Origin: the human T2T-CHM13v2.0 reference genome, Homo sapiens
Length of the DNA stretch: 64,000 nt
Direction: 5' to 3' (one strand)
Assembly (NCBI RefSeq): GCF_009914755.1
Contig: NC_060931.1
Made by a program: the position numbers and the translations under genes. This document shows positions 27,106-42,723 of the stretch, piece after piece. Numbering within the stretch: the stretch's first letter is position 1; the number at the start of each line of letters is the position of its first letter. The notes under the pieces are model-generated. The model had not been told where the DNA came from, made no database searches, and saw nothing but the letters and a program-made list of their open reading frames with translations.

Positions 27106-28809
27106 TCAGTGTAGGTTATACTAGCAAATCCAACTAGAAGTGTTCAATGAATACCTACTCACCTACAACTGCAAGACCATTGTTAATTTATGATATAACT
27201 TCTGATGTAATCAAAATAATAAGAACATCAGTCAATTGTGTTACATTCTAAAATTAAATGCATCTTATTTTATAAAGGAATTTGTTATAATATTTCAAAA
27301 TACACTTTCTTTTGTTCAACATAACTTTATCCAGGATGCAAAGCACTTACCCACATCATGGCAATTATTAAGCAAGTAAAAAACAAATTAGCTAAAAAAG
27401 TAAAGCTGATAGCTGTATGTATGTGCATATGTGTAAAGCCTGAACCATGAGAAAATATGATTTTATTTGTGAGAAGATGGGATGTTTAAATCCAGGGAGG
27501 ATTATTTGCGTTGATCTTACTGTGAAATGATATAAATGTAGCAATCTAATGATAAGGCATCTAGTGCTACACAATAAAATAAAATTAGTTCATCCTCCAA
27601 GCGAACTTCATTTGATTCCAATTTAGATTATATTCAATAGAAAACTAAGATTGTGACGTGTTGGACGAAATGACATGATTATGAAGACAGTATTTTACAC
27701 TTTGAGTGGATTTTCTTTATGTAAAGTCCTTGGAGGTTTCTGCTTTTGCTTAGGACACAGAAAGATGCAAAGATGTCATTTCCACTCTTACAGTAAGGAA
27801 ATGATATTTTAGAGCCCATCAGAGAGCTGGTTGAGATTCCAAGACAATGAGATAACTTCAATTCAAAGAGAGAAATCTTCTCCAAGAAAGGTCTGACACT
27901 ATGTCACCTGTTGCAGAGTAAGGGAGGAAGAGACACTGGTCATCACACATTTGTGTGTGTTGAGGGAGGTATAAAGCCCTGCTCCTTCCCTAGACCTTCT
28001 TTTTTATGAAGCAAAAGGCTTAGGCTTCTGGCAGAAGGGTAGCAAAGCTTCTCATTTCCAGGGCCTATTCAAATATAGATTGCCACTCTAACTGGAGGAA
28101 AAGTAGAAGATCCTTTTTAAAAAAAAAAAAAAATACAGAGGGAGAGGCAGGAATTCATCTTGGGCCTGGCATCCTATGCCTATACGAAGTAGAGGACATT
28201 GACCATTGGAGAAGAGGCAGGAGCCTCTCGCCCAAGATCAACCCCAGATATAAGGCTAAGTTTAATTGTCTCAGGAAGGAAGGTACAGAATACTGAGAAA
28301 GCCCCACACCTGAGATCAGGCGCACAAGGACTTCCTAAACTGAAACTGGTTGACAACAACAAAACACTTTCTCCTTCAGCCCCACCTTCACTCACCATGA
28401 GTTAGCAGTTGGGAGTAACAACTGACAGCAGTCTACCAATGAGGGGGAGACAACAGCATGGGAGGATACCCTCCACCCCAACCCTGTGATGAAGATGAAC
28501 AGGGGCTCAAGCTGAAGGTGGGGCACTCACATCAAAAAAAATTTCCAGCACATAAGCACAAGGCAACTACAGCCCACCACTAGAGGAATGTGAAGACTAT
28601 TTTGCACCACAGATAATCACAGCCAAACAACATTTAGTTCCTGACACCAGACTGACTCCACTTCTCACACTAACAGCCTAAAAGTAGATATTAAGATAAA
28701 ATACAAAATACTGAAAAAAAATGACTTTCAAACTTTTCAATGTATATCCAGCCAAACTCTTACTTAAGCAAGAGATTATAAGAACGACATGTTCACTTGG
28801 CCAAGGGCA

Positions 28810-29298
28810 TGGTGGTAGACTGAATTATGGCCCTCCAAATATGTCCATCTTCTAACCCCCATAACCCATGAATATTATAGGGTAAAAAAGGCTTTGCCAA
28901 TGTGATTGAATTAAGTTTCTTGAGATGGGGAGATTATTGCAGATTATCCAGGGATGCCTTAAATGTAATCACAAGGGTCATTTAAGAGGTAGGCAAGGTC
29001 AAAAGAAGCAGAAGCCTATGTGTTGACAGAAACAAAGAGACAGGGAGAAGAAATTTGAAGATGCTACGCTGTTTGCTTTGAAGAGAGGCAAAGGGGCTAT
29101 GAGGCAAAGGATGTAGGTGACCTCTGGGCACTGGAGAGGACAAGGAATTTGATTCTCCCTGGAGCCTCCAGAAAGAATGTAGCCCTAAAGACTAATTTTA
29201 GACTTCTGCCTCTCAGAACTGTGAGAAAACTAATTTCCGTTGTTTTAAGCCACGAAATTTGCAGAAAGTTGTTACAGAAGCAACAGGAAACTAATACA
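28810..29298 (+). mobile_element. MLT1 (MLT1C/D-like) solo LTR
   Basis: About 490 bp, from tggtagactgaattatggccctcc to gttttaagccac...ttgttacagaagcaacaggaaactaataca. Confidence 0.85.
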
Positions 29299-30877
29299 GG
29301 CTCCAAAATATTATTCCACATAAAACTAAAAGAATTACTGGAAGTAGTATTCAGGACAATAAATAGGGAAAGCTATGAGACAGGAAAGGAATGAAATAAC
29401 AAAAGCACAAAATAAAAAACAGTAAATATATGGAAAATACGTTATTGAAAAAATTAATATCTGCCAATACCCCAGGCGGTTTTGGCATAAGCTATGATGT
29501 GTTGAGTGGGAGTACAGATGATGTAAGTAAAATTTGTAACATTCTTATATTACTTAACTGAATAAAGAGATCCTAACTAGATTTAGATATTGATTAAAAA
29601 GTCAAACTTTAAATTTGTGCATTAAATTATAGATCAGAAAACTAAAAGACAAATTTTTTAAAAAAAGATGCAATGACAACAAAGATTAAACCAACAGGTA
29701 TTAGGAAAGTTAGAAAAAAATTTAAAAAGTGAAACTATGCAATAAATTGGTGTAAATAATTCGAATAAAGTCAACAATAAGACTAAATGTGAATGTTTTC
29801 CATTTTCTTAGCAAGAGGAAAAATGGAGACCAGAAAAGTACTCTGTTAGAATTTCTCTAAAGTGAGTAAAACCCTTTTCTTTCCCTGCTAGTTTGTCTCT
29901 CTTCTCTGTCTCCCGCTCTTTCTTTTTCTCTCTCTCTTTCTCTTGCACTGGCCTAGGTGCTAGTCAATGAGTTCCTTATTACTATTCTTTTCTGTACAAG
30001 AAAGTTTATTTTGGGAAAGAGCAACTAAGAGTAAAAAAGGCAATGGTAGAATTTCCCAGTTTGAATTATGTAATGGAAAATTTTGGAACCATGATTACTG
30101 TGGAAGCAGATATAAGCAATGGTTCTATTAGCTGGCAGGGAGAGCAGGCAAGGTTGAAGGAGAGCAGGCAAAGTTGAACTGATAGGATTATAAAAGATGA
30201 CAGGCCAATCCTATTTTAACACAGCTTATTAAAAATGTTTCCCACATAATATTTAACTACTTCAGATGAAATAAGTTCCACTGAAATTCTCTAGTTATTA
30301 GAGGAGATATACTCGTTAGAAAATAGGAACACTACTTTTTTTACCCACAAGATAATGAGCTGAACCACGAATTGAATTTAATACTTTGATAACCTTTAAT
30401 TTCATAACGTTAGTTCGTTTCTTTAAAATGCATAGAAAAATCATCAGGAAAACACACAGACAAATGTTAAATGTTTAAAAATTGTTTAGAAAGAATCTAG
30501 TTCTGGCTAAAAGATGTATTTATCCTGTACCTGGATTAAAAGTTGAAAGACTTATTTTGAGACCACTAGTTCTTGAATAGTTTTACTCTACTTCACTCAC
30601 CTTTTAATTAAAGAATAACTCTGGAAGCTCTTAGAAAGGTTATTTCGTGGTTCAACACACAAAATGCACATAAAAAGCATTTCATAGTTTTCTTGATATT
30701 GTGCTGATGATTGTGTTTTTCTTACATCATATCCTGGCTCAACTCATAAGGATGCCTCCTTTGTTATGTGCTTCGTTTCATTTGAGATCCCACTTTTCTA
30801 GTGGTTCCTATTATATATATATAAATTATCTCTGTAAAATGGAGAAAGCTTATCAAGTTGGAAAGCTTGCCTGAAAG

Positions 30878-31030
30878 CACTGTTTTTCAAATTTGGCTGC
30901 ATATTAGCTTTCATAATTCCTGATATTTTAACCAGTTAAAAATTAGAGTATCCGGGGTAGGACTCAGACATCATTATTTTTAAATCTTCCCAGGTGATTC
31001 TAGTGTACAGTCAAGGTACAGAATCCATTT
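30878..31030. mobile_element. MER5-like element
   Basis: ttttcaaatttggctgcatattag...cccaggtgattctagtgtacagtcaagg. Confidence 0.6.
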
Positions 31031-31529
31031 CCCTGGGAATCACATGCAGTGTTTTCAGCAGTGCTTTACCAATAGACCTATTCATTTTAGGGCTCTCCAC
31101 TTCAGCACTGAAATTCTCCTTAACTACTCTCACTGAGATATCAATAAACATGAAGACCAGATAAACCGCTCTTCAAGGGAGAAACATGGAGTCAATGTTC
31201 AAAACATAAGGTCAAAGAGTGAGAGTTGTTTGGTTTGTAATAGGTCTTAGACATAGAGATCATTATTTTATCATCCTGTATTTCACTCAGAGCCTTTCAT
31301 CATTGCTAATACATATTTTTTCCCCAAGTCTCTAATCTTTTCTAAATTTTTTTCAAACTTTCTGTTTTCTTTTAGTTAACTAGACCTAGAATTTGGCATG
31401 GTACACTATTATCTGGGTAAATCAGGCCAGTTTTTTATTGAGAATTGAGAAATAGGCAAAAGAAAGGCACCTATACAAATAAACACCACTGTAGAAAAAT
31501 ATTGAAGGGAAATAAACTGAAATTAAACA

Positions 31530-33495
31530 AGATCAAGAATAAGAAAACAAACAACTGAATTAAAATATGGGTGAAAGATCTGAACAGACAACTGAACAAA
31601 GAAGATACACAGATGGCAAATAAACATAAAAAAGATAGTCAACATTGTTTGTCATTAAAAATTATAAATTTAAACAACAGTGAAATACCAAGACGAATCT
31701 GTTAGAATGGCTAAAATTAAACAAACAATTGATGTTATCAATTGCTTGCGATGTGAAGCAGCAGGAATTTTCATTTGCTACATATAGGAATAGAAAATGG
31801 TGTAGCCACTATGTAAAACAAGATGGCAGTTTCTTACAAAGCTAAACATAGTCTTCCCATGTGGCCCAACAATTGTGCTTTTAGGTATTTACCTAACTAA
31901 TTTGAAATGATTTGTAAACCTAGGAACAATAAAGATGTTTTTTCATAGATAGATGGATAAACTGTGGTATATTCATACAATGCAGTGCCATTCACTGATA
32001 TAAAAAAAGTGAGATACCAAGACACTCAAAGACATGGGTAGAATGTAAATGCATATTTCTATATAAAAAAGGCTGTCTGAGAAGGCTGTTCACTGTATGA
32101 TTCCAATTCTGTAAACTTTTGGAAAAAGTAAATAATAGAGACAGTAAAAAAAAGAGTAAATGCTAGGGTTTCAGGGAGGTAAAGGGGGTTGAAAAGGCAA
32201 AGCATAGGGTATATATTTAAGGAAATAAAACTATTCTGTATGATATTGCAATTGTGGACACATGATACTATCCTTTTGTCAAAACACATAGAACTTTATA
32301 ACACAAAAAATCTTAACGTCTAAACAATTTTTTAAAATTAATTTTGTTAAAAATTAAAAAATTAGGGGGTTAGGGAATCCCAGAATAAAATGTAGAATGT
32401 AACCATACTATATAACTATAATAAAATGTATAAGACAATTTCAATGAAAGGGGTCAGGGAGAAAAGGCTGACCTGAGATGTAACTTTAGAAATAAGTGGA
32501 ATCTGTAAAACTGAAGAAAAGACAAAAAGGCAATGGTATATAAGCATTATACTCTATTTAACAAAGTTGTTTCCTACAGGGTTACTGGTTAATGATTTTG
32601 ACACCACTATACATGTATACTGAAATTGAACAATTAAGTAAATGCGTAGATGGTAAAAGCCAGATTTCTTACTGTTAGAGTGAGAGTTCAGAAATAAGTC
32701 AGGGTAAGAGTCTAGAATGATCCACATCGTAAGGGATTGGAGTTGTAGGTATCAGTATTAAGCAATTTTTAGTTTAATATAGATACAGATGGTTACATAT
32801 ATAACTATTTATATAGATGTCTATACACACATTGGCATATACTCATACATATATTTCTTTGCTCTGTTTACTGACAAGTCGCAGAAGGAGCAACATGCCA
32901 GTATCAATGAGCACACCTATCACCCAGATCTTGGTTTCTAATACCTTCTCCTATAAAAGGAACCATGCATCCTTGGAGAAATGGCTGAATTTTGGACTGG
33001 GGCAGGAAATATATAAGATGAACATGGAGCATACAAACAAACAAAACCCACATTGAGGTTTGTCAAAGGGACAAAGGAGCCAACTGAAATAGCTTCCAAT
33101 GACTAAAGGCTGGAGCAATTCAAGCACCAAAATAAAACAGCATGGGATTATGACCCAATGTGTACAATAAATATCCTTGAGGCCATAAAAATGAATGATA
33201 GACTAAATCAGCAAATGGAGAGAAGAGAAAAATCTACTGTACAGAAAAATTTCAAATAACTTATGTAGATATTTTGCTCTCAAAGAAGTGGAGCATAACT
33301 TCCCACTATCTAAGTGTGAGCCACACGTAATGATTTTCTTCCAAAAAGTACCATATGGGAAAGGAGAAAAAAGAGTAACTTTAGGGTGGAGAGACTGAAC
33401 AAACACCACCTCAATCAGGTGACCAAGGTCAATGCCAACAGTGATAAATCATGTTGATGGTACATATCCTTCATACAATGTGATGAAAATGGCAG
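31530..33495 (+). mobile_element. L1MC/L1MD-type LINE-1 3' portion (ORF2 end plus long 3' UTR)
   Basis: aaagatctgaacagaca...aagaagatacacagatggcaaataa..., gcagtttcttacaaagctaaacata..., ccttggagaaatggctg...ggggcaggaaatata. Confidence 0.8.
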
Positions 33496-34910
33496 GGATG
33501 CCCACTATTACCACTTGTGTTATACATTGGAGCAGAGCCAGTAGACAATTCAAATAGGCAATAGAAAGAAATTAAAAGTATGAAAATTGCAAAGGTGGAA
33601 GTGAAACTATCATTATTTGCAGACAATATAATTGATATATGAAATTCCCAAGAGAATCAACTCTACATGGTAATATAGAAAGGTAGCAAGGCACAAATTA
33701 ATATTAGAAAGCAGTAATATTCATATATGCCAGTGATAAAATTCCTAAAAATAAATTGTGTAATATAAGTATAAATAAGGAGAAAACTTAAAAACATTAA
33801 TGAAGAATATTATAGATTTGTACAAATGAAAATACATAAAATATAATTGCTATAGTCTGAATATTTGTGAATGGGATTAGTGACCTTATAAAGGAGGCCT
33901 CAGAGAGCTTGTCCATCTCTTCAGTTACCTGAAGACACAGCTAGAAGTTGCCATCTTTGAAGCAAAGAGTGAACCCTCAACAGACACTGAATCTCTGGGC
34001 AGCCTGGGGAAAATATTTGCAACAATAAGCAAAAGACTAATTTCCCTAATGTAAATGAACTCCTAAAAACTAATAAGGAAAAGATAAACGATTCAATGGA
34101 AACATACACAAAAGATATGAACAGATACTTCCCTGAAATACAAATGACTTCTAAACATAAATATGCTCAACCTCATCAGTAATAAGAGAAATGCAATTTC
34201 AAACTAACTCAAATATGTTTCTTCACTTATCAGATTGGCAGAAATCCTTTGATGCTGTTCTTTACTGTTCGATAATCTTGGCAAAGATGTAGAGAACTAC
34301 AGAATCATACAATGCTTATAGATAAATTGATTACTGAAAGGAATTCAGCAACAATTATCAAAATTATACAGGTGTGTTTTGTGTGTGTGTGTGTGCACAC
34401 ATATATCTCCTTTGCCTCAGCAGTCCCACAAGTGAGAAGTTATCCAACAGATTTAGCTGCAAGTGTACAAACTGATCCATGTGCCATATTATTTATTTTA
34501 GCACTATTAGTAATAACACAAGAAGAGCAGTCCCAAATGTCAGTCAGTAGATAACTGGTTAAATTTAAAGGCATTCTTTGCATCTATTAAAAATATATGA
34601 GAAAGATTACTATTCACTGATATGGAGAGTTCTCCAACACATATAGTTAAGGGAAAAAAGCAAGGTGTAAAATTGTGTATGTAATATACTACCTTTTGTG
34701 TAGAAAGGCAAGAAATATATAATTATCTATATACAAGTTTGCTCATACATGTGTAAAGTAACTCTGGAAAAACAAGAAACAAATGGCTGTGATTATTTGG
34801 GTTAGAGGAGTGATGGCAACCTGATCAAGGGGACTGAACTTTTGTTGAATGCTTTTGGTTTTATTTACATTTGAACCATTTTTAGGAGTTACTTATTCAA
34901 AAAGTTAAAT
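33496..34910 (+). mobile_element. Old L1ME-type fragments with an embedded MLT1A/MST-like piece (about 33845-34000)
   Basis: tatttgcagacaatataattg..., ggggaaaatatttgcaac..., aagagaaatgcaa; LTR-like gggattagtgaccttataaaggaggcctcagagagct. Confidence 0.65.
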
Positions 34911-37900
34911 AAGTTGACTCCTATTTGCTCAAGGCAAAATTATGATGTAAATATTAAGAAAAAATAGCCCATCAAGATTCATTGTTATTCAGTTTTGTGT
35001 TCTCCGTGGCTATTTAAAAAATACTAACAAAAACTCCCTAATCTGTACATACTCAGAATGTGTATTTGGAATGAGAGGGTGGCACCCCTTTTTGGGGTGG
35101 GCCAAGGAGCTCTGCTAGCGTTTTTTCAACCACAACCACCGAGGTCATTGTTTTGCCTGCCTATATCCAAGGCTGGTTTTGCATGTGGAATTGAAATGAA
35201 TTCAGAATCTGGAGGGTCAGGTATTTCAGGAACAAACTCAAAAGTTCCATAGAGTAGTTTATAAGAATTGAGTACAGAAATAAATTAAGCCTATCATGGA
35301 AGATTGAGGTTGAAGGCTGAGCGTAGTTTTCTTCTTAAATATAATGAAGGATAAACCACTACATGTTGAAGTAGATGCAGCCTCCACCTTCAATAACTAA
35401 CATATTTCATCTTTATTTAGAAAGTAGCTTGTAGTTCCCACACATTCATAATAGTTGCTGAAATAAAGTCTTCATTTTGTAAAGCATTTTGATAGTCTCT
35501 CGACCCTCTAGAAAAAACAGATGGATTGAAAAAGGAATTATGCTCTGTGACGGGCGAGTTTATGAAGAAAATAAATTATGGATCTAAGAAACCATTTCAA
35601 ACCTCATATGAATCTCCATATAAACAATGGAATTCAATGTGTTATTTCGTTTGCAATTACTGGCATTGTTAGAGTGACAGATCATCTACTTGTTATATCC
35701 AGCTTTGCCATAGCCTCTCTGACAAAGCTGTGCTGTTGAAATAATATTTCTAGATGACATAATGGAACTTCAGATGAAATGAATGAATCAGTAAATGCAT
35801 TGATGAGTGTATTTACAGTATCCATGGGGAGGTACAAAAATTAATCAATTTCAGCCAATTTTAAGGCACATAACTGGGTGCAATTAATCATCACTGAATC
35901 AAATCCAGTTAATTTAAACATTTGAAAACAGTTATGGTTAGTCATGATAGATTAATTCTTTTCTGAATGGTAGCATTTGAAAATAACTTGGATGGTGTTG
36001 ACCTTCCACATGTCACAGTCATGACACTGTGTGTTTCAGAAAGTTCTTTCTCAGTCCTCAGATGTTGTTGAGATGTCAATACAAATAGACTTTTCTACAT
36101 AAAAGTCACTGAAAAAGACAGTAATTTTGCACTGAGTGATGATTGCAAAAATATGTTTTAGAGATGAGAAGTAATTTCCCAAACTAGAAAAGACTCTGTT
36201 TTTAATTGTTAAGACAGAAAATTATTTGCGAAATTTACCTAAGAGAATATATTCCAGTAGTTGATTCACTTTCTCTCAAACACCAGGTTTGGCTTCAGAA
36301 TTTATGCAGAATAGCTTTTCCCTTTTGGCGAAACTGAAAGTTGGACAACGTCTTAGCACTTTCATCTGAATGCTGAGATGCTATTACCTGCTATTGACTG
36401 GTTCACTGTTCTGAGTGATTGTAGTTCAATCTCCTCTTTAGACCCCTTTTTAGCCTTGATGCACACACTATCCTAATATCATCTAGAATCTTGCATCTGG
36501 ACGAAATCCAGATACTTTTCGTTCAGTCAAGATCAGATAACGTATGAACAGTCAAAATATATTAGAAAATGTCTCAGGACATTAAAATATCAGAATACAT
36601 TTTTAAATAGGGTCAATTTCTTTGTTATCTTATGGTTATTTTAACCCATCAGGTACTATACTTTTCATGCCATGCCTATCTAAAACACAATTCCTAAAGG
36701 AGAGAGGCATCTCACTTTCTGATTGAAAACAATGACTGGTCTTCGAAGGACTATAACCAAAGCTGTTGCCATCTTTTTTGTTTGTCCTTTCCGAGGAAAA
36801 AGAGTATGCTCTCACAGGGAGAGTATGGTGCCCTTAGAGGAACTTCCTTAAACCCCAGGGCTTACGTCATATTAATAATAATCCTGACTTTATGACTCTG
36901 CTTGAAATCCTTTGTAAGATATCACTGAAAGTAAAGAGACATCGCTCCATTTGACGACATATGTTTTATTCAATAATCCTATCTGAATGTGCATCTATCC
37001 AGTGTCAACACTCTTGGGAATGAGGCAGTGTATAAAAGCTGCCGATGCTATTTGCCTGTTTCTTCTCCACAGGTAGTTTGTGAGGACTCAGTTTTGGCTG
37101 TCTTAACAACTGGACCCACTTTAGTCAGAATAATCTGAGTTCCAAAGCATCCACAATAATTTTTCAAATAATGACTTCCATAGACCATTATATTGGAATG
37201 ACATGGGGATACTTTTTAGAAATGCAGACTCATGTAAGAGTCCTGAAGGGAGCAGCAATTGATGTCTCACATACTCTAAGGACTCCCTAAGCTTTTATGA
37301 TGGACAAGGTTCTTCTCTTTCCTAAAAGGTATGGACTCTCATAGAGAACACTTGTCTTTCCATTCCCAGGTGTTAAGACAGTTGTCAGAGAAGCACCTTG
37401 TCAGGAGTCAGTGTCTTGTTCATACTTATCTCCATTAGCTATGGGGAGAGGAGGTTACTGTTGCTTTCTCTAGATCCTGTTGACCTTTTATGCCTTTGCA
37501 TGGGAAGTTTTGTGTAGTTTGTCTTTGAGAGGCTCATTTCCCCCATCAAAGAACTGGTGGTATATCTGGGCTTTTAAGTTCTTTAAGCTTTATTTGTTTT
37601 TCTGTTTCTCATGATGAGGGATCATTTCTGGGGATCAGACTACCTGGATTGAAGGGAAGGTGGAGCTATCATCCCAGATAGAGCCCCTAAGGAATGAGAG
37701 AATGGCCTCTTCAAGAGGTATTAACAAAAGTAGTTGTCTCACCCAACTTTTTCTGTCTTTCTCTGTTTGTTTCACTCTCTCTTTTCAGAGATTCTAGAGC
37801 AGTTGATTTGAGGCCTTTGAAATAAACACAGGGAAGAATTTTACTCTCACTCTGTGAGTCAGTATTATAGTCTATATTACTTAGCCATGCTCTCTCTGTT

Positions 37901-39410
37901 TGTATCAATTTTATAATAAATATTTTGGATCAGGTATAAAAGTATGATTTTCTTCCTGAATACATTTATGCCAGAGGTCATCAGTATACATAATTGGACT
38001 GTGAAAACGAAGGGGTTGGAAATAGTAAGCTAGAATGAGCTGTTTCCAAACTCTATGGGAAATCAACGAGTTAAAGAGCACTATTTATAACTCACTTGAA
38101 ATTTCCTGAGGGAGAAATATCTCATCTCTCCACATACCTAGTTTGTTAACTTCAAACTGGTTTTAAAGGAAAGCAAACATGAATTACATCTTTCCAGTAC
38201 CTGGTTCAATTTGATTTGCCACAGAGTCCTAAAATCTTGACAAGGCAAATAGGGAGAATTTTAAATCAAATCTCAAAAGGAAATATTGGAGACTTATATA
38301 ATTGAAAAGTAATTATACATTTCTCATTGTCTCAAAAAATCTAAAATAAGATCTTACAAGAACATGAATCAGAATCTTGTCTGATCCGAATCAGATAGAA
38401 GATTCTGGTAAATGAATATGGAGGGTGAGGTTTTTAAGGACTAGATTGTGGAAGAAAGCGTTATAATTGAAGTACAGTAATGGTCTAGGTGATTTATAAA
38501 CTTAAGCTAATAAAAGACCCAGGGAAGATGCTGAGTTTCTGAATTATTTAAGAATAGTTATGAATGGTGGTTTCTGAGCCTCGTTGATTTGTGTTGTTAA
38601 TGTAACAGCTTTCAGCTTTCTCTGGATAAACAGGACCATCATAAAATAATTTTAACTCTTTTTCTAGCCTTTCACTGATTCATTTATTCATTACTCAGCA
38701 ATTTTCTTAGGCCTGTGCAGTTGCATACAAGATTTAACACTTGTATGTCTTTGTAGTATTATAAGATGATTCTACGGAGAATAAAAAATAACTTATACTC
38801 TCTACAGAGCCAGACAATAGGTGCTGGTTCTTAAAGAAGCAAAAAGATTAAGCCTGACAGATTTTCTGTTTCCTGGAGTAACAGTGTGCTTTTACTGAAA
38901 TACCCACAAAGGTTGCAGCAAGAAATAATAGTGTAGCAAAAAGAAATAATTTGGGAGCATAAAAAACATGTGGGTTTTGGGTTTTGGAGAAAATATTAAA
39001 CACTGCACACTATCAATATCCCTTAGGGGTACAATTCTTAGCCTTAACAAAAAACAATTTATAAGATATCTAACGATGAAATTTACCCTCATCATCCAGT
39101 TCCTTTACTTTGCTGTTAAATCAAGAATGACCCCAAATGGAAACATTTCTGAATATTCTTTTGGAATAAATTCTCAAATTTCAATAGTTTACTTTTTTCA
39201 AAAGTTTGTAACACTGACTACCTGAGTTCTCTCTCCCAATATTTCTGGGAATACTGAAAAGAACATTCTTTAAGTGTTTTTATTTTGTGTGTAGAGAAAT
39301 AAAGATGCAAAACAAAAAAAGCCAACAACAACAAAACAGCAAATCAGTGGCAGAATTTTAATGACAATTGAAGCTTGGGATTTCCTAATTATTCCTTATT
39401 GTGCCCATTA

Positions 39411-39740
39411 CAGTCATCTCTCCATATGTGCAGGAGATTGGTTTTGGGACCACCGTAGATCCTGAAACCTGATGATGCACAAGTCCCTTATGTAACAAGG
39501 CACACTATTTGCATATCATCTTCCTACACTCTTCTATATACTTTAAATTATCTCTAAATTACTTTTAATGCAAAGACAATATAAATGCTACTATGTAAAT
39601 AGTTGTTATACTATATTGTTTTTCTATGTGTATTATTTTTATTGTTGTACTCTTATTTTTATCATTTTTCTCAATTTTTAAAAAATCTGCAGTTGGTTGA
39701 ATTGGTGGATGCAGAACCTGCGCATAGGGAGGGCCAACTA
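39411..39740 (+). mobile_element. MER2 (Tigger-family MITE)
   Basis: ta|cagtcatctc...gattggttt...aagtccctt...tatttgcatat...ttggttgaa...ggatgcagaacctgcgcatagggagggccaact. Confidence 0.85.
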
Positions 39741-41395
39741 TTCTTGGTTTCACATTAGCACTAAGTATATTGGAAACACCTTGTCACAAAATACTCTATT
39801 TAATAGATCAATTATAAATTGCTCCCAGTAAAAAGATTTTTACTGGGAGGGAAGGGTTGATAATGAGTATGCCTGTCACCTTAATTTTCACCTTTCCCTG
39901 AAGATTCTTTTTTTCCCTCACAATCACTATCACACTTAGGCTTCCCACTGTATCTCTTGCCCAGCTGGGGATAAAGCCTAACACAGCTAGAATAAATTTA
40001 TTTCCATTTATCTATTAACACAGCTAAAATAAGTTAATATTTTCAAAGAGACATGGCTAGAAAATAAAGAAGTACAAGAGGAAAATTAAAGCACGAATCT
40101 TCTTCCTGGTGCATAATTCATCTAATATGCCGGCCCTGTTCCATCCCACATCCTGTTGGAGGCACCCAGTGACCCAGTACTGGGGATGCTGAGAGGACAT
40201 CAAACCTTAGGAGACAAAGGCCACTTCCATGGTCATCTGCTCCTAATTGAAATTGTCCATTGGCGTATTCTATGGGTTATTTTAATAAAAATTATGGTCT
40301 TTTGGCATTTTGTTCTGATTGATATCCAGATTTTAAAAAATCAAATAACTCAGAGGACCTATATTTTATTTATTTTAAAGTGCTAAGTCATAAAAATACA
40401 TGATTGCTGAAAGGTGAGATACACAGAAGAACTACATTTTGTGCTGCAGGACATGCACATTCATAGGTTGAAGCTAATACTACTAAAAGTTCTGTTCTTT
40501 GACCTACCTGGGAAATTGGGGTAGTCTAAAACGTTACCTATTATTTCTGAATCTAAATGCTAGCTCCAAGAACAATGGAAAGGAGTTATATAGAGGAAGA
40601 CTTTAACCGATCATCAGTAAATAATTTCTAATCAATAGAGCTGTCCACAACATAGCTTAAGTTTCCTCATAACATAAATGAGGTCCCTTAAACGGGGAAT
40701 GTTTAGGGAGTCAGTAAATGAGTACCACGTGGGAGTACAGAGGATAAGACTGGTACAAATCTGGCAAGAAGTTGAAGTAGAATCCTATGAAATATACCGA
40801 CTCTCTTTTTAATTGTAATTTACCACGTGGCTAGATGCTCAATTTTCAAAGAAATGTAGATGCTCAATTTTCGAAGAATTGGAGTTCAGTGACGTATATG
40901 TGGCACTGTGTAATTCATCTTTGATAAAACAAGTCATTTTAGGCTATTTCAGTGTCCTGGGATATTTATTGTTGTAAATATAAATTACTGAACTCATAGC
41001 TATATGCATGAATTGGTTAATTAAGGCTACTGAATCCAGAATTCCAGATAACAGCTTTCTATAACCAAAGAGACAACCACACTATTTTTACTTTTCTTTT
41101 GATTAAAGATCATAGCAGATAACTCTTTATGGTTTGTATTGCATAAAATTATAATTGGCATCCACATACAAATTTTGTATTTTGGGCCACCTTCCAAAAT
41201 AATTAATTGATTTGTATATTTTATAGCACTGCCTGAGTTAGACGAGGTTCAAGGGGGCTTAATTGCCTTGCTCAGAACCTCAGCAGGAAGGAATTATTAC
41301 TGCCTGATCTAGATTTAGAACGTATGAGATTTTTTCATTTCTGTCTTTTACACTGTAGTTCTTTCTTTGGAATTAGGTAAATCATAGAAAATCCC

Positions 41396-41787
<392 letters not shown>

Positions 41788-42690
41788 TTACAGTTGAGTT
41801 GATTATATGTCATAATTTTAATGAACTAAATATGTATTTAGGTTTAGGGAAGAGGAACACAATCTATAGTTACAATAATAAAAAGGAATGGAGTGATGTT
41901 TATCAAGCACTTGCTAGGTAACAGCCTCTAGGCTAAACATTTTGCACACATCATCTAAATGAACCTCTATATTTCAGCTGAGAAAACTGATCCTCAGATA
42001 CATTTTTTTCATGTCATACAGCAGGCAAGTGGCAGAGTTGGCGTTTGAACTTCAGCCTTTTTAACTCTAGAGGCTAACCTCATTTGGAATTTTTCAATTA
42101 TGATTTTACCTGAACCCTCTCAGTATTTGGTTGTTTTATTTTCCTCTATTAGAACTAAACTTCAGTTTTGTCTCTTGACAGAAAAATATTTTGTTAGTGT
42201 GGTAACAGAAACCAAAGACAGCTGCTGGTTATTTAATGAAGATCAGATCTTGGGTGATTGTGACGCGATGGGATAGGATGGAATACATTTGGGTCCACAG
42301 TATGGTGAGGGAGCTTTTCTCCCTAAAGGTTATTGGATTCTAGTCTCCGAAGAAGTACTTTCCTACCACTTGGTGGCAGTAGCTCCCAATTAATTAACAA
42401 CTAAAATATTGATCGTTACCTCTAACTGGGAGTGATTTGTAAAAAGGATTACTTCCTTCAATTAATTAATTTTTCCATGTAATACATGTATTTCCACTGG
42501 TTTCTCCCATGCATATTTATTTATTATTTATTATGATTATGATTTTCTGGGGCATTGCTTACAATGCTATCCTGCATCTCCTAAGTTAAAATCCTTGCGT
42601 TTTCCTTTATAACAAAGTTTATACATAATGACAATATAAAGGTTTCCTTCATTCAACCTTATAGATTCAGAGATGTTCACTGTGGCTGTC

Positions 42691-42691
<1 letters not shown>

Positions 42692-42722
<31 letters not shown>
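42692..42722. repeat. Pure A31 homopolymer
   Basis: Direct count; no Alu or L1 body is adjacent. Confidence 0.97.

Positions 42723-42723
<1 letters not shown>

Noticed and set aside
27900-28700. GC-richer stretch with paired ORFs (28180-28405) as an unannotated exon
   Set aside because: It has no convincing splice-site pair or protein similarity and is more likely a decayed L1 5' region, which I could not assign confidently.
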